A DNA stretch of 61,428 nucleotides, counting the filler, from Sphacelaria rigidula (lineage: Eukaryota), in NCBI GenBank assembly GCA_964200075.2. It is 10 parts of 10 records of this genome, joined end to end, with 100 filler letters (N's around TTAATTAATTAA, not from the genome) between each part and the next. Parts side by side here need not be neighbours in the genome. Positions count along the whole stretch, not along the records: positions 49,225 to 55,276 come from CAXNAA020022556.1; positions 55,377 to 61,428 come from CAXNAA020022557.1; 8 more parts are not named here. The stretch is one strand, 5' to 3'. The notes under the pieces are model-generated. The model was not told the origin of the DNA. It worked only from the letters and a program-made list of their open reading frames with translations, and did not search any database. Position numbers and translations under genes: made by a program. Below, piece by piece: positions 49,125 to 61,428 of this stretch. How positions within the stretch are numbered: the first letter of the stretch is position 1; each line of letters starts with the position of its first letter.

Positions 49125-49639
49125 NNNNNNNNNNNNNNNNNNNNNNNNNNNNNNNNNNNNNNNNNNNNTTAATTAATTAANNNNNNNNNNNNNNNNNNNN
49201 NNNNNNNNNNNNNNNNNNNNNNNNGTGGAGAAAGTACTGTTTTGAGCTCGAACCTCATTTCATTGATGAACCTCATTTTATAGAATCCTCTGTTAACAGT
49301 AGATCTAGATAATAACGATCCCCAGGCGAATGCCGAAGTTTAAGACCTTCTCCCATCTTGTTTATTTGTCGATAATGAAGGCCCTAAGTCATCTGTTGAA
49401 TCGGCCCCAATTTCACTCGAAAACGTATGCATAACCAGATGGACTCGTACCCTCGCCGCCAACCGATCAAATACTTTTTTGAACCATCTGACCAAGCCAA
49501 CGAGGATATGTTGGCTTCTTTCTTATCGCGAAGAGTGAGGCAAAACATCACAACCTCATGATATGTGGCGCCATCCGTTCGAACAAGAATGTTGCGTCAT
49601 AAGCGACGCGGGGTTGGCCAGCGGCGAGCTAGGCATATG

Positions 49640-50212
49640 ACGTGAGTGAGCCACGAGCATGTGTCCCTGGGGTGAGCTACCGGGCGTAGCTCATCCGCTC
49701 CTGTTTTCCCCGGGTGAGCTACAAGAGCTGCATGAGCTGCACATGTTTGCCTTGGGTGAGCTATCGAGCGTAGCTCATCCGCATATGTTTTCCCTGCGTG
49801 AGCTGTGAGAGCTACATGAGCTGCACATGTTTGCCCTGGATGAGCTTTCAACCCGTAGCTCATCAGCTCATATTCGGCCTGAGTGGGCTATGGGAGCTGT
49901 ATGAGCTACGCATGTTTGCGATAGGTGAGCTACCAATCCGTAGCTCATCAGCTCATATTCGTCCTGGGTGAGCTATGAGAGCTGCATGAGCTACGTATGT
50001 TTGCCCTGGATGAGCTACCAACTCGTAGCTCATCAGCTCATATTCGCCCTGGGTGAGCTATGAGAACTGCATGAGCTACACATGTTTTTCCTGGGTGAGC
50101 TACCAACTCGTGGCTCATCAGCGCACGTTTACCTTGTGTTGAGCTATCGGACGTAGCTCACATGTACATGTTTGACTACAAGTGAGCTACCGCCCGCAGA
50201 TAAGCTAGCTCA
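49640..50212. repeat. AGCT-rich palindromic minisatellite, ~80-86-bp unit, ~6-7 copies
   Basis: CATGTTTGCCCTGG.TGAGCT recurs at ~49658, 49743, 49825, 49911, 49996 and 50081. Each unit contains TGAGCTA...TAGCTCA inverted pairs. Confidence 0.9.
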
Positions 50213-50285
50213 CAAGCTGTCCCACGTGTGCAAGGCTGAATGCTTACGCGCAGATTTAACCTTGCCTGGTTCTGTAGGTTAGTTC

Positions 50286-52146
50286 ATGGCCCGCGTTATT
50301 CTGGACTCTGGGTCCGCGCTCACGTCAATCGGTGTGGGGTTGCTAGAACAGATGTCTTCGCAGTTTGGCGGCGCTCAGGTTCAGATTCCATTCGAAAACG
50401 GACCGCAAACGGCGCAAACCGCCACGGGTGCTCCCGTGACGGTTACACACAAACGGTGCCAATTACTGTCACCGTGCGTACGCCGTGGGGGGCTGTGCAG
50501 TTGCAGCCCATTACGTTCGCTGTCATGCCCGGTAAGGACAACGTAGTTCTTTTCGGGATGGCGACAATGAAGAAGCTTGGGATTGATCTATATCTGCTGG
50601 CGTTGGAGAAATTACGTCCGCGTGCTGTGCCGGTGCAAAACGGCGTGGAAACCCCCAGTTACCTTGGTGCAAGGCGTGTGATAGTATCCATACGATCATT
50701 CCAGAGCACCAATGAGGGGAAGGCTTCTGCTAATAAAGCGGTAGAGCGCTCGGTCGATCGGGGGCCTGATATGTTCATGGACCCAGCGGAGGAAAGAGAT
50801 GCACGAGAACGTGCGCTTGAGGATAGTGTGTGGCAGGCGGAACAGAAGGGCCTGAACGTCGATGGCGCACATTGCCTGGGCGATATTTTGACTCGTCGCG
50901 TAGATACATTTCGCCGTGCGCTGCGTGGTGATCCGCCAGCGCGCGTTGAGCCCATGAGGGTGCAGCTTAAGCCCCAGGCAAATGCGGTGAAGGCCAAGCC
51001 CAGACGGTACGATCCGGTGAAGACCGGGTGGCTGGCCTCATGCATCGCAGCTTTGGTGGCGTTTGGTTTAGTGGTGAGGAACATCCAGGCTGTGTGGACG
51101 AGTCCGGCGATGGCGGTGCCGAAAAGGGACACATTCCGTTTGGTCAGCGACTATCAGGCGGTGAACGCGCAAGTGGAACAGTCTCCGGGGGTGATACCAA
51201 GCCAAAACTCCTTTAACAGAGTGCCGGAAGAACACTGTGTGTGGCCTCACATGGATTCCCACGTTCGCGAGTTCGTTCGCCAGTGTTTGCATTGTGTAGA
51301 CACTCTTGTTGATCAAATTGTATCTCATTTTGGCGGTACTGTGCACGGTACTGCGCCAGGTGAAGTTGTTCACTTTGATTTTCTGTACGTCGGAAATAGC
51401 GGACCTGAAGGTGCTAATGCTTTGCCTGAGGAGGATGGTTTTCGGTACGTTTTGGTTATCATGGATGATTTGTCCAATTTTGTTGGCTTGGAGCCAACCG
51501 ACGCTTGCACCGCCGAGGTTACGGCTAAGCACTTGCTCCATTGGTGCAAGACTTTGGGGGCGCCGCGTGTTTGGGTTAGTGATACCGCCACGCACTTCAA
51601 GAATCTAGTGATCGCGTAGCTGAGCGATGGGCTGAAGGTGCAACACCTATTTGCTGTTGCGTATACCGCTTGGTCGAATGGTGCTTGTGAACGCATGGTG
51701 AAAGAGATCATTCGTGCGTTGCGGTCTAACTTGTCGGAACAAAGACGGCAGGTGTTTGAGTGGGTTGATGTTTCGCCAGCCGCCCAGTGGGCGCTGAATA
51801 CTAAGTTTTCGTGAACGCTACCGTAACACGCCGTATTGAGTGATGTTTGGGCGTACGCCGCGTACAGCGTTTTCCGCGCTGGCTTCTGTCACTAGCGTCG
51901 AGTGGAACGTCGATGTTATGGATGCTGATTTGTCACGTGACAAGGTTCAAGGCGTGGTTGACGAGCAAGTGCGGGTTTGTAATGAAGTGCAAGCTGCGAT
52001 TCGTATTGTATGCCCGTGTTCGTAGGCAAGGTGTGACACCAGAGTTGATGCTCACGTGGACAGGTCCATGACGAGTGATCGGAGCCGATAACGCTCACGT
52101 GTATTCGGCGCAGAACATTGTTTCTGGCGCCGTGCACTCGGCCCAT
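50286..52146 (+). mobile_element. Degenerate, internally deleted Ty3/Gypsy pol (protease, RT N-terminus, integrase)
   Basis: Aspartic protease VILDSGS. RT start WTSPAMAVPK..FRLVSDYQAVN. Integrase WPHMDSHVREFVRQCLHC, VHFDF, VSDTATHF, NGACERMV. The RT YxDD and RNase H are absent. Confidence 0.9.
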
Positions 52147-54763
52147 CACACGTGGACAGAAAGAACCCTGTGGAGGGGGTCTACAGAGTTTACGTACCCT
52201 GCGCAGTATTTCTGGCGGGAATTTTACTGTACAATGTTTTCCAGCGTAGCACAGGACGCTTCACAGGGTTTCTCTACAGTGGTCATGAATAGTGTGCATC
52301 ACAGGGTTCCTCTCCACAGGGTTTCTCTACAATGGTCATGAATAGTGTGCATCACAGGGTTCCGTCGCTTCGTGAAGAGTTCATCGCTGCTGGCAATGCT
52401 GTGCAGTGTGTTTACGCACAAACACTACCCTCCACATGCAGCTGCGGGTGCAAGGTATTGGCGGGAAAAAAACTGACTAGGTTGGACGGAGAATCGAACC
52501 CCCGACTTCATCTTTGAACATTAATCCGGTTACACACAGAGCTACGCGTGGTAGTCGTTGTGGATGCTATGTATTCTTTGTACTTCTGAATTTTGGGGCC
52601 CTCGAAGGTCCGTGTTGATAACACTGAAATCCCCCGAATTGTTTTTAGAGGCACAAGTGTAATGAAAAACTGGAATTTGGACAGCCTCTGCTGTTCGAAA
52701 TAAATCCTAATTCCAAACTTGGAATAGGGGAAAAATGATTCATTTCGAAGAGCTTAAGCTGTACAGATTATCCCATATACACTGTATATAGCAGATGGAA
52801 ATTGTACACCGCCAAGAATACCTGAAATTGGGTGGAGAGAGAACTTACTCGCGAGCAGCTTCAGCTGTTCAAGTCCCACATACTGCACGCACGATTTTGT
52901 TGCGGCTGACGACGTGATAACGGATCGCAATTTACCTCGGTGTTGGAAGCATATACCTGATGAAAATCCCGTCGTCCCGTGTCGACGAAACTAAAACAAT
53001 ATACAGGGAATAATGAAACATCTCATCGCGCGGTTGATACTGCGTACTCGGAATATATATTCACAACAATAAACTGTACTGGACTGTGCAATACCATTGC
53101 ATGCGGGACAGTGTGCTATACCGCCGTGCTTATACGTGCGGCGCCATGTACTGCAGATGGCTGGCTATGTATACAATGTAGATGCCTGCAGCTTATTTTG
53201 ATATATGGGGCGGGTGTTATATACCGTCACGAACAACAATTTGTCATGCGCGTTCCACAGCATATTTACGCACAGCTGCTGAAGCACAGTAAGTAGGGCG
53301 TAATAGGGAAGGGGGGAAAGTGCAGTACAGACAGCGCAGGACAATGTATATGTATGTTCTCTACCTACATGCGACGTGAAAAGGACTTGAACAACGTGCA
53401 GCATATCGTACGCGGCCTGTATGCTGCACTATATGTTATATCGCGGTGCGTCCGCAGCATTCATATTATGGTGAGTGTGTATATGCATAATATAGGCGGC
53501 CGGTTGATCGTTCCTCGCACCCGCCTATACGCACCCCGCGCATGTCGTCGCCACGCGATGTCGCGACCATGAAAGAAGGTTCTCAAGTTTCCACCAACAT
53601 CATATCCACCCGCACGGCCGTGTGTATGTGTCTATATCCCTGTGCCCAACCCGCGCTCATTGCTGCAGGGTTGTGGTGGTATCGCTGGGCGGAATAATAC
53701 TGTTGTGCGGGCGGGTGTGATGTTCGATTTGTGTGCGGTGATATATATACGGAGTATAGATATCTTGGGGTGATGGTCTATATACGATTGATTAAGTGAT
53801 ATTTTCTACACATGGTTTGTGTTCGTAGACCATGGAATGCGGGGTTTTGTGAAGTATGTGGCTACATGGGCGAGGGATACCCCGTCGTCCAGCGCCTTAC
53901 CATGCCTCCCCAGGGGCTCAGATGAAACAGGTGTGGACATACACACGTATCCAACGTGTGGGATCTCTATTCAGCGAAAGTTGTTGAGAGCTATTCATCC
54001 TTTAGCCCATGTACACATGGACTGGGGGGCAAAGGGATGAATAATTTCCAGCAACTTCTGCTGCGTGTCGGATCCCATGCGCTGGTAACGATGCAGTATG
54101 CGGGATTTGCCCAGCAGCTGACGCTGCTCGCAATAAAATCTCTTTTCCCCCAATCTCAGGATGAAATGGAGGGGAAAGTAAACATTTATTTCGAGCTTCT
54201 TCTGCTGGTCAATTTCCGAATCTGCCAGTGTGCATGGGATTTGCGCAGCAGAAGAAGCTGTTCGAAATAGATCCTTTTTTCGCTCATTTCAAAAATGGGC
54301 CAAAAAAGGATCGATCTTGAACAGCTTCTTCTGCTGTTCGATTTATTTATTTTTTTGCCGAAATAAATTGGGCGAGAATAGGATCTGTTTTGAATAGCTT
54401 GTCCTGCTGTCCAAAATTAATTCCCCCTCGCTCGATTCAAATCGGGTGAAGAGGAATTTACCTCGGACAGGAGGACAAGCTATCGAAAAGATATAAATTT
54501 ACAGACTTTGTACCAAAATATTTGGAATTTTCGAAAAAAGAAACGTCAGGGTTTTTCACCAAAACACTACCACATAACTGTGCAGAACTTTGCCGACAAG
54601 CCTACTCAGGGCTGTAAACCCGACCCTGGGGAAAACCCTATCAAAACGCTACGAGGGGTACAGGTTTGGTTTTTCACTGTCAGGGTTTTTTCACAAAGAC
54701 TGTGAAGGACCCTGTACGGACTCTGCACAGTGCGCCCCACAGGGTGCTTTCTGTCCACGTGTG
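52147..54763. mobile_element. 2617-bp non-autonomous DNA transposon, CACAC termini, 2-bp AT TSD (CMC/EnSpm-like)
   Basis: TIR CACACGTGGACAGAAAG(A/C)ACCCTGTGG (27 bp, 1 mismatch). Removing the element and one AT restores the Gypsy reading frame ...GAVHSAH-VARLRFY... Confidence 0.9.
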
Positions 54764-54765
54764 AT

Positions 54766-54960
54766 GTCGCTCGTTTACGTTTCTATGCGGACTCGCAGTT
54801 GCACATCACCGCGGAACTAAAAGATGTATTTCAGCATTCGTATGCTCAAGGTGAATGTCGGATGAACGCTTTGGTGCACGTCGCTGAAGACGACAATGGT
54901 GACGTCATCGTTTCGGTCGATTGGGAAGGGTTCGGTGCTGGAGAACGTACGTGGGAGTTG
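54766..54960 (+). mobile_element. Gypsy integrase C-terminus / chromodomain relic
   Basis: VARLRFYADSQL...VSVDWEGFGAGERTWE matches the chromodomain pattern V.W.G...E.TWE and continues 50286-52146. Confidence 0.8.
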
Positions 54961-57449
54961 TTAATCGTGTGATTTCACTCATGGTGAATGTGAGATCCAG
55001 GATACTATCACGAGACTGTCGAAGGAAAATGTGGTGGATTAACCGATGGGAAACGGTACTGGTGATTTTCAGAAATGGTACTGAGAACGACGGTTCGGAT
55101 AGATTCTCGGAATGTTCTGGAAGGTGTTGGTTGTTCTTACTTTTGTTCTCGAATGATCCGGAAACGACGGGGAGTTATATTGTGGTATGCGGTATGTTTC
55201 TGCGGGATAAAAACAGGAGATATTTGCCGTAGATCGAGAAGGATTCTCGACGGAAATGCGGAGGCGCATCTCTCCCNNNNNNNNNNNNNNNNNNNNNNNN
55301 NNNNNNNNNNNNNNNNNNNNTTAATTAATTAANNNNNNNNNNNNNNNNNNNNNNNNNNNNNNNNNNNNNNNNNNNNCGTCGACCGTTGAGTCGAATTTTC
55401 TGTACCCACGGCATAGTCGTCCACCACTGTTGGGCATCGTGTGAGGGGAAAACATTTATCGTGAAAAAACCTGCTTGCCAACAAATGCACATAGTAAAGA
55501 CGGAAAAGTAACACACGTGGGCAAAGGTCTGCTAAGTGGGTGAACTGCGTAGGCCGGGTGCAGCGTACTCGGATGACCCAGTTCACCGGACTGTGTGCAA
55601 AGTCACAGTCCATACACTGTGAAGAACCTGAGCAGGGTTATCCCTGTCTCATGAAAGTCCTGTTTCAGGGACATCTCTCTGCGTAGGCCCTGCGCAGGGG
55701 GCTCATGATGCCCCTGTAACAGGACTTTCACCCTTGAGACAGGGATACCCTGTGAATAACCTGCGCCCAAACGTTCGGGTATGTTACAGGATCCCAGGCA
55801 TGCAGCCGGATGATTTGGGGGTTCACTGGAACACAAGTGAGCCCGGTGTATATAGCAGTGAGCACCTGCACATATTGGCGCGTATACGTACATAGATCAT
55901 CAGCTCGCCAAGTCGCGCGGATACCCTCCCGTGCAGGCATATGCCTGGGAGGTACTCAAGTTCTCTTGTCTAATAAAACAAAAAAGTGAATATGGGGTGC
56001 ACATGCATGTGCGATGATAAATTTTAAATAACTCACCTCACATCGAATTGTCGGCGGAGGGTAATATTCGAATGTACATTATTTAGATCATCACGTAGAA
56101 GCAGCAAGAGGTGCTGCATTCAGCAAGAGCAATAAGTCGTTTCCGTTGACACACACGGACCCACGACACTCTAACGTATACACTATAATGGTGTGTTTCG
56201 GTTATTGAAAGAAAAGAAATCTGACTTGTCAACTGCGAGTCAAAGATTCACCGAACTTCGAGAAATCGAAGCATTTGTTTTGTTGTTGTTGCTCACGCTC
56301 TCGCTGATTGGACGCCTACGCTGTAAGGAAAACTGATCGCGTCATCGCTTCAACTTGAGTGTATTGCACATAAACAGCCATTTATGGTCCAAAGGAAACT
56401 CCAGCCTGAAGGAAACATCGATGCTTTATTGGAGTCTTGGTCGTGTATGCCTGTAAGATTGAAGTTTCCGTTTTTCAGAACCAAAACGTCAGGACCGCCA
56501 GTGCAATTTACCAAAAAAATAGACGAACGGGACAGAGGCGATAAAATTCGGCTCCAAAATTCACTGAACCGCGGGAAATCAGCTGTTAAATTTACCGAGC
56601 CCCGAACCCCGGGAAATGGAATCTAAGGAACACAGGAAGGCCGACGAAAAAAGCGCCGGACGGATGGCTGCAAACAGGTAACAACAAACACAGCGTCTAT
56701 GATTGTTGTTGATTGAAATCGAAGCAAAGAAAGGCCTGCGAAAAATGCACCGGGCGGTAAGCTGAACTTTTTTGTTGTTCTTGCTTACGCTCTTACTGAT
56801 TGTACGCCTACGCTGAAAGGAAAACTAATCACCTTACCGCTTCGACGTGAGTGTGTTGCACATATACTTGGGTCAACGTGGAATCTTTTCCTCGTCTAAG
56901 ATGAACGGTGATGGAAAATCAGTGCAAACCTGATCAAACTTACGTTATCATGTATTTTGCGCAATATACAGCCACACAATTACAGCAACATAGTCAAAAG
57001 AAAACTCTAGCCCAAAGGGAACAGATACGCTCTTCTTGCGTTCTGCAGTCTGGTGTCACCTGTGTTCATCGTGTGTACGCGTGTATAGTTGAAATTTCCG
57101 TTTTTGATAATCAAATTTCCGTTTTCTAGAATCAAAGTGTCAGATCCACCATCAGGCCTCCGCGTATTGCCTATTACGCGTACACTTTCAGGCACTGACT
57201 GGTTGGGTCGAAGGTCGAATCTCGCCCTCGTCGAACGTGAACGGTGATGGGAAAACATTGCAGTATCTCATCAAGTTTTCGGAAATGAAAAATGTCGCAG
57301 GGTGACGTGATGCTGAAGGGGTTTGTTAAGTTTACTGTTTCAAGAGTAGACCTAGTTGTCCCGCTTGCACGGGAGCGTTCACACGTAATCTTAGGCAAAC
57401 GCAGCAGCTTCTCATCGACCCGCGCGATTTGAATCTCATGGATGCCAAG

Positions 57450-59760
57450 CTAACCCTTACCCGTGGAATCCGAATCTAGTAAACAAGGAGCAGTCTTCCG
57501 TACCCGTAAGATCCGGACCAAGTACAAAAGAAACAGTATTCAGCAATCCTCACATGCTCACCTGTATGGCCCGGGTATATTGCGGATGTTCACAAGTCCG
57601 TAGGTTACACACGTCGGACAGATCATTATCTGTGTGACTTGAGTCACACAGGTCAAGCGTGAGCACACCCATGTGCACGACTCAATGACACAGTGCAACC
57701 CATCATGGCACGGTACTCGTGATCCGGGTATCATCGATCACGAGGGAGGTATCTTGTATGGGTTATGAGGGTACACAGGTTGCAGTTGGCGTTGCGAGCT
57801 ACCTGATTTGGATTACACAGGCATGTCCAAGGAGACGATGTACAGATCGAAAGAGTATACAAATAAAAAATGGCAGGTTCGTACGAATTCTCGGGTCATA
57901 CAGATCACCATAAAGCGGACTTGTACCACTCACAATGCCATACAGATCGTTCATCAGGATATATGTACCACGGGATCGGGTTCTACAGGTCATCAACCGA
58001 GAATTGTATATAGGTTAAACGAGTCATACAGATATAGATCAACGACAGATCGCACTGGTCATACGGCTGATCGTCGGGCGGGCTTGCAGGAGGTACCCGT
58101 GCTTCATTAACGCCGGCAGTGTACACGTTGCGGCCTCTGCCCGGGTACTTTTTGTCAGAGACGCTGGTTGAACAGCGTAATCATGACTCAATTGAGCATT
58201 TTTTTTATTATATCCGTCACATTAGCTCGATCTCTCGAACCCGTGGTCACAGAGTGCAAGGAGCATACTACCAATATACCCATGTAGCAACATCTCGTTT
58301 CTTCTTTTCCCCGCCGCACATGAGTGCGCACCCTGAAAGAGGAAATACTAAAACAGCCGTCTACACTGCCGCTGGCGCAACTGAACATACGTCTTATCAA
58401 CGCAAATTACAGCCCTGCAGCTCTAGTGCCATCATCATTTCCCTCCGACCCAACAACAAACATATCGGGCTGCCCTTCTGCGGATGTTGACTATGTTGTT
58501 GCGCTGCTAATGCTAGTGCTCAGAGGCCGCTGCTGTAGTTTCCAACTGAGTGAAGCGGGTGGGGGCGGCTGTCATCATCGTGATGCTTGCTGTGAGATAT
58601 GACCTTGCTCCTCAGCTCTTGATATATTCCGTGTATCCCACACCTCACTGTGTTAAGAATGCAAGCAGACCAAATTTCCACAGTGATACTCGTACACATC
58701 ACCAGTCGGTCCTGCGCGGGGATTGTAATTTAACGGTAGGGTGCGCTTTCCACAGGCTTGTACTTACTATGCGAGGACGGTTTCTGAAAAGGTCGTCTAT
58801 CTTGAAAATAATGATGGATCACATGCACACAGAACCCGTGCTAGCATAATGATAAAAAGCCTAGCTTTACAGTCCAACTTTCTCTGAGACTGCACACTAG
58901 ATTTTAGGGTCCAGCTTTTTGTCATGGACAAACCCCGACTGTGCAGATCCTTGGGGGAAAGAACAGGGCACTCATCGTTACAAATCGTAAACTCCAAGAC
59001 CATGACACGCTAAACGTCAAGCGTCGGGGCAGGCTAGTACTACGGTGGGGGACCACGCGAGGAGCCTTGTTTGAAGTCAATTCAAATTAAGGCTCCCCAC
59101 GTCGTCTCCCACCGTCGTACTAGCCTGGCTAAACTCTTGGCGTGCAGAGATTTGTGCTCTGGAAGAAACATGTGCACATCTGCCGAATAACGACTCGGAA
59201 TGAATATACGAGCTCCATGTTCCATGTGCCCAGGCTGTCACTGTCAACCTGCGGACTTGTGAACGTGCACGATGTACCCGGGTCATACAGGTTAAGAGGT
59301 AAGATATACTGCAAATTTTGTTCTTTGTATACTGGATTCGGATTCTCCGGGTGCGGGAAACTGTTTATTGTATACTGGATTCAGGCTCCACAGGTGAGGG
59401 GTAGCTTCTGGTATTCATGGGATTCGAATCGCACGGGTGTATGACAAGCTGCTGCATTGAATGAGCCGAGTTATATAGATGACAACTATGGGATGTTGTA
59501 CACATGGCACAGTTCTGCAGATCAGTTGTACATTAACGCGTATGTATGAGGCAGGTCGTACAGCTAATCACTGGGCAATCATGTACGGGTCAAGCGGGTC
59601 CTACAGATCACCATCAGACAAACGTGCACAGTTGACAGCACACCTCGAACAGGTCACGATCTATGCCCAAAATGAGCCGACCGGAATTTGTCAAGACCTG
59701 ATCTGTCCGACGTGTGGTAGGTTGACTGTAGCAGCCCGGGCACATGGAACATGAAAAACG
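57450..59760. repeat. Complex of diverged repeats in both orientations (TACAGATC-rich)
   Basis: 57451-57610 is the diverged reverse complement of ~59240-59404. TACAGATC/CGGGTC motifs recur at 57690-58080 and 59420-59760. Confidence 0.55.
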
Positions 59761-60334
59761 TATATTTATTCCGAGTGGTTCCACGGTAGGGGTACACATT
59801 TTCTATTTGAGGCTCTGCACTGTCGGAGCATCCGACTTATATATATACGAGGAACAGTTATGGGCGCGCGCCTGACCCCCCAAAATGGGCAAAAAAAGTG
59901 TCACCGGCCAATATCGCGAACAGACACGAATAGACCGAGCCGTTCTGGCTAGACTAAACACTGGCTACAGTACTGGTTCCCGGACCGTTCCTGTCGGTAC
60001 TGTGTACTGAACCGCACTGGCTCCTACCAGGCTGGTTGACAATATGCCCGAGAATCTACGTATGAGATCTATGTCCAATACATAATCTGCACAGGCTCAT
60101 CCAGGCTCTTGGGGTAAAATATGCCCTACGTCATCAGAAGAGAATGACATGTATACAAAATCCATATCGAGAAAAAGTGGACTGGTTCTAAAATCAGAAC
60201 CCTACCATTATTTCTAAAATCAGAACCCTACCATTATTTCCGTTCTTGTTCCTCATGCGTCGTATATTACATGCCACTGCGTCGCGTTTTGTCCGCGCTT
60301 GCGATACCCTGGCATGCAAGAAGGCTAGTTCGGT

Positions 60335-60540
60335 TGACCCTACCCAACGCACACCGAGAGCACTCGGGCAAGGGCGGTACAGACATACCCTGAATGAAGT
60401 GAGGCCTTGGTAGACCCCAAATCGGCGCCTGTGGCGCCGATTTCAACGAAAACGCGTTCTGCGCAGGAACACACGGAACCGTCAGCCGCACTCAAATTCT
60501 GATTCTCGCTGTTCCCACTCAAATCAAGTAATATCAACCA
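60335..60540 (-). repeat. Copy of the TTAGGG-ended dispersed repeat
   Basis: Reverse complement aligns with 27785-27980. Confidence 0.75.
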
Positions 60541-61352
60541 TGAACATTTGTAGCCCAACGTAGGTACTGAAACCAAGCTGATCCAGTTTTGGGGGGGATG
60601 CGGATCGAAATTGGGCCAACATACTCGATCTGCTAACATGCGACAGAGCCATATGTACTCATGAACTTCAACGACGACGGCCCTTACACAGACAAGTGGA
60701 GTACAAATAGTCACCGGGTGTGTCATGTGGGCTGGGCGGGTGTTGGTCCATCACCTCGTCATGTTTTGAGGAGCTTGATTCATCGGCTGCCATCATCCCA
60801 CAGCTTTTGGCCGATGAACGACTTGCCTTGTGCGAGTGAATTTGTTGTTCCGTGGGCATGGCTTCTCATTCGATGAATATGATCACCGCCTGAATCGGCA
60901 TCATTTTTCACTTTGAAAAAGTATACATGGTCCAGATGGACGGCCCTCGCGGTCTACGGGTGAATCGGATATTGTGTTGCAAGAGGAAATGAAAACAAAC
61001 GGTCGTCCGTCGCCCACCATTACCGATACAACAGATGCATTTCTTAGGACGGGTGGATCCACTGAAGGAAATGAATGGGGCTTCGGTGCCATGTGGCTTC
61101 AGCGAAAGTGGGCCGACGACTTTATGCTGTCTTTTGTGTCATCTTGACGCAGTATATTTTGCCATCCAGGAGGGTAAGTTGGTCAATCTTTATCATAGTC
61201 GGGAAACTGAAATCCGGATCTTTCATGGGGCTGTGCTCCTGGCATGCTCCTAGCGTGCCCACAACGCGTTTTTGTCTAAATTGGCGCCTTGGGCACCGGT
61301 TTGAGGTCTGGCAGCGCACCCTTCGCCTAGGGAAGACATGGGACCCCCCTTG

Positions 61353-61428
61353 GACACTCATGAGGCAGTGTGAAAGCCGTGACCGTCTCTGGAAGTGGCG
61401 ATACCACAGAATAAAGCAACTCATTGCA
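61353..61428 (+). mobile_element. Poly(C)-family SINE, 5'-truncated, cut by contig end
   Basis: GACACTCATGAGGCAGTGTGAAAGCCGTGACCGTCTCTGGAAGTGGCGATACCACAGAAT.AAGCAACTCATTG, preceded by CCCCCC. Confidence 0.8.

Noticed and set aside
6054..55376. Regular 6153-bp periodicity and TTAATTAATTAA motif
   Set aside because: Artificial spacers joining length-sorted contigs. ORFs containing X or ending in LIN are artefacts.
60185..60240. 27-bp exact tandem duplication (also the ~100-bp diverged duplicate 56270-56370 / 56770-56865)
   Set aside because: Ordinary local duplications or an assembly overlap, with no further structure seen.

Overview
This is intron-rich, repeat-dense eukaryotic genomic DNA. 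It is probably a stramenopile such as a brown alga, inferred from gene structure and repeat style and not proven. The window is an artificial join of ten unrelated contigs (8 x 6053 bp and 2 x 6052 bp) separated by 100-nt N-TTAATTAATTAA-N spacers, so no synteny should be read across spacers. Host genes appear only as exon sets: a cysteine synthase (4 exons), a ubiquitin-specific protease (3 exons), a probable TOM1-like exon, and a Ser/Thr-rich protein with a Cys-containing domain. Most of the rest is transposable-element DNA. This includes a near full-length degenerate RTE-type LINE with a (CAA)n tail, a deleted Ty3/Gypsy chromovirus split by a CACAC-ended DNA transposon, piggyBac-like and CACAC MITEs, tRNA-derived SINEs and two minisatellites. 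The most unusual signal is a LINE family whose 3' ends finish in poly(C) rather than poly(A). One copy sits in a target-site duplication that begins with a C-run, and a very abundant ~400-bp SINE shares its 3' terminus and poly(C) tail. Together these are a candidate poly(C)-tailed, G-tract-primed retrotransposition system. Several other retroposon 3' ends with different tails share a GACYRCGG core just upstream of the tail.
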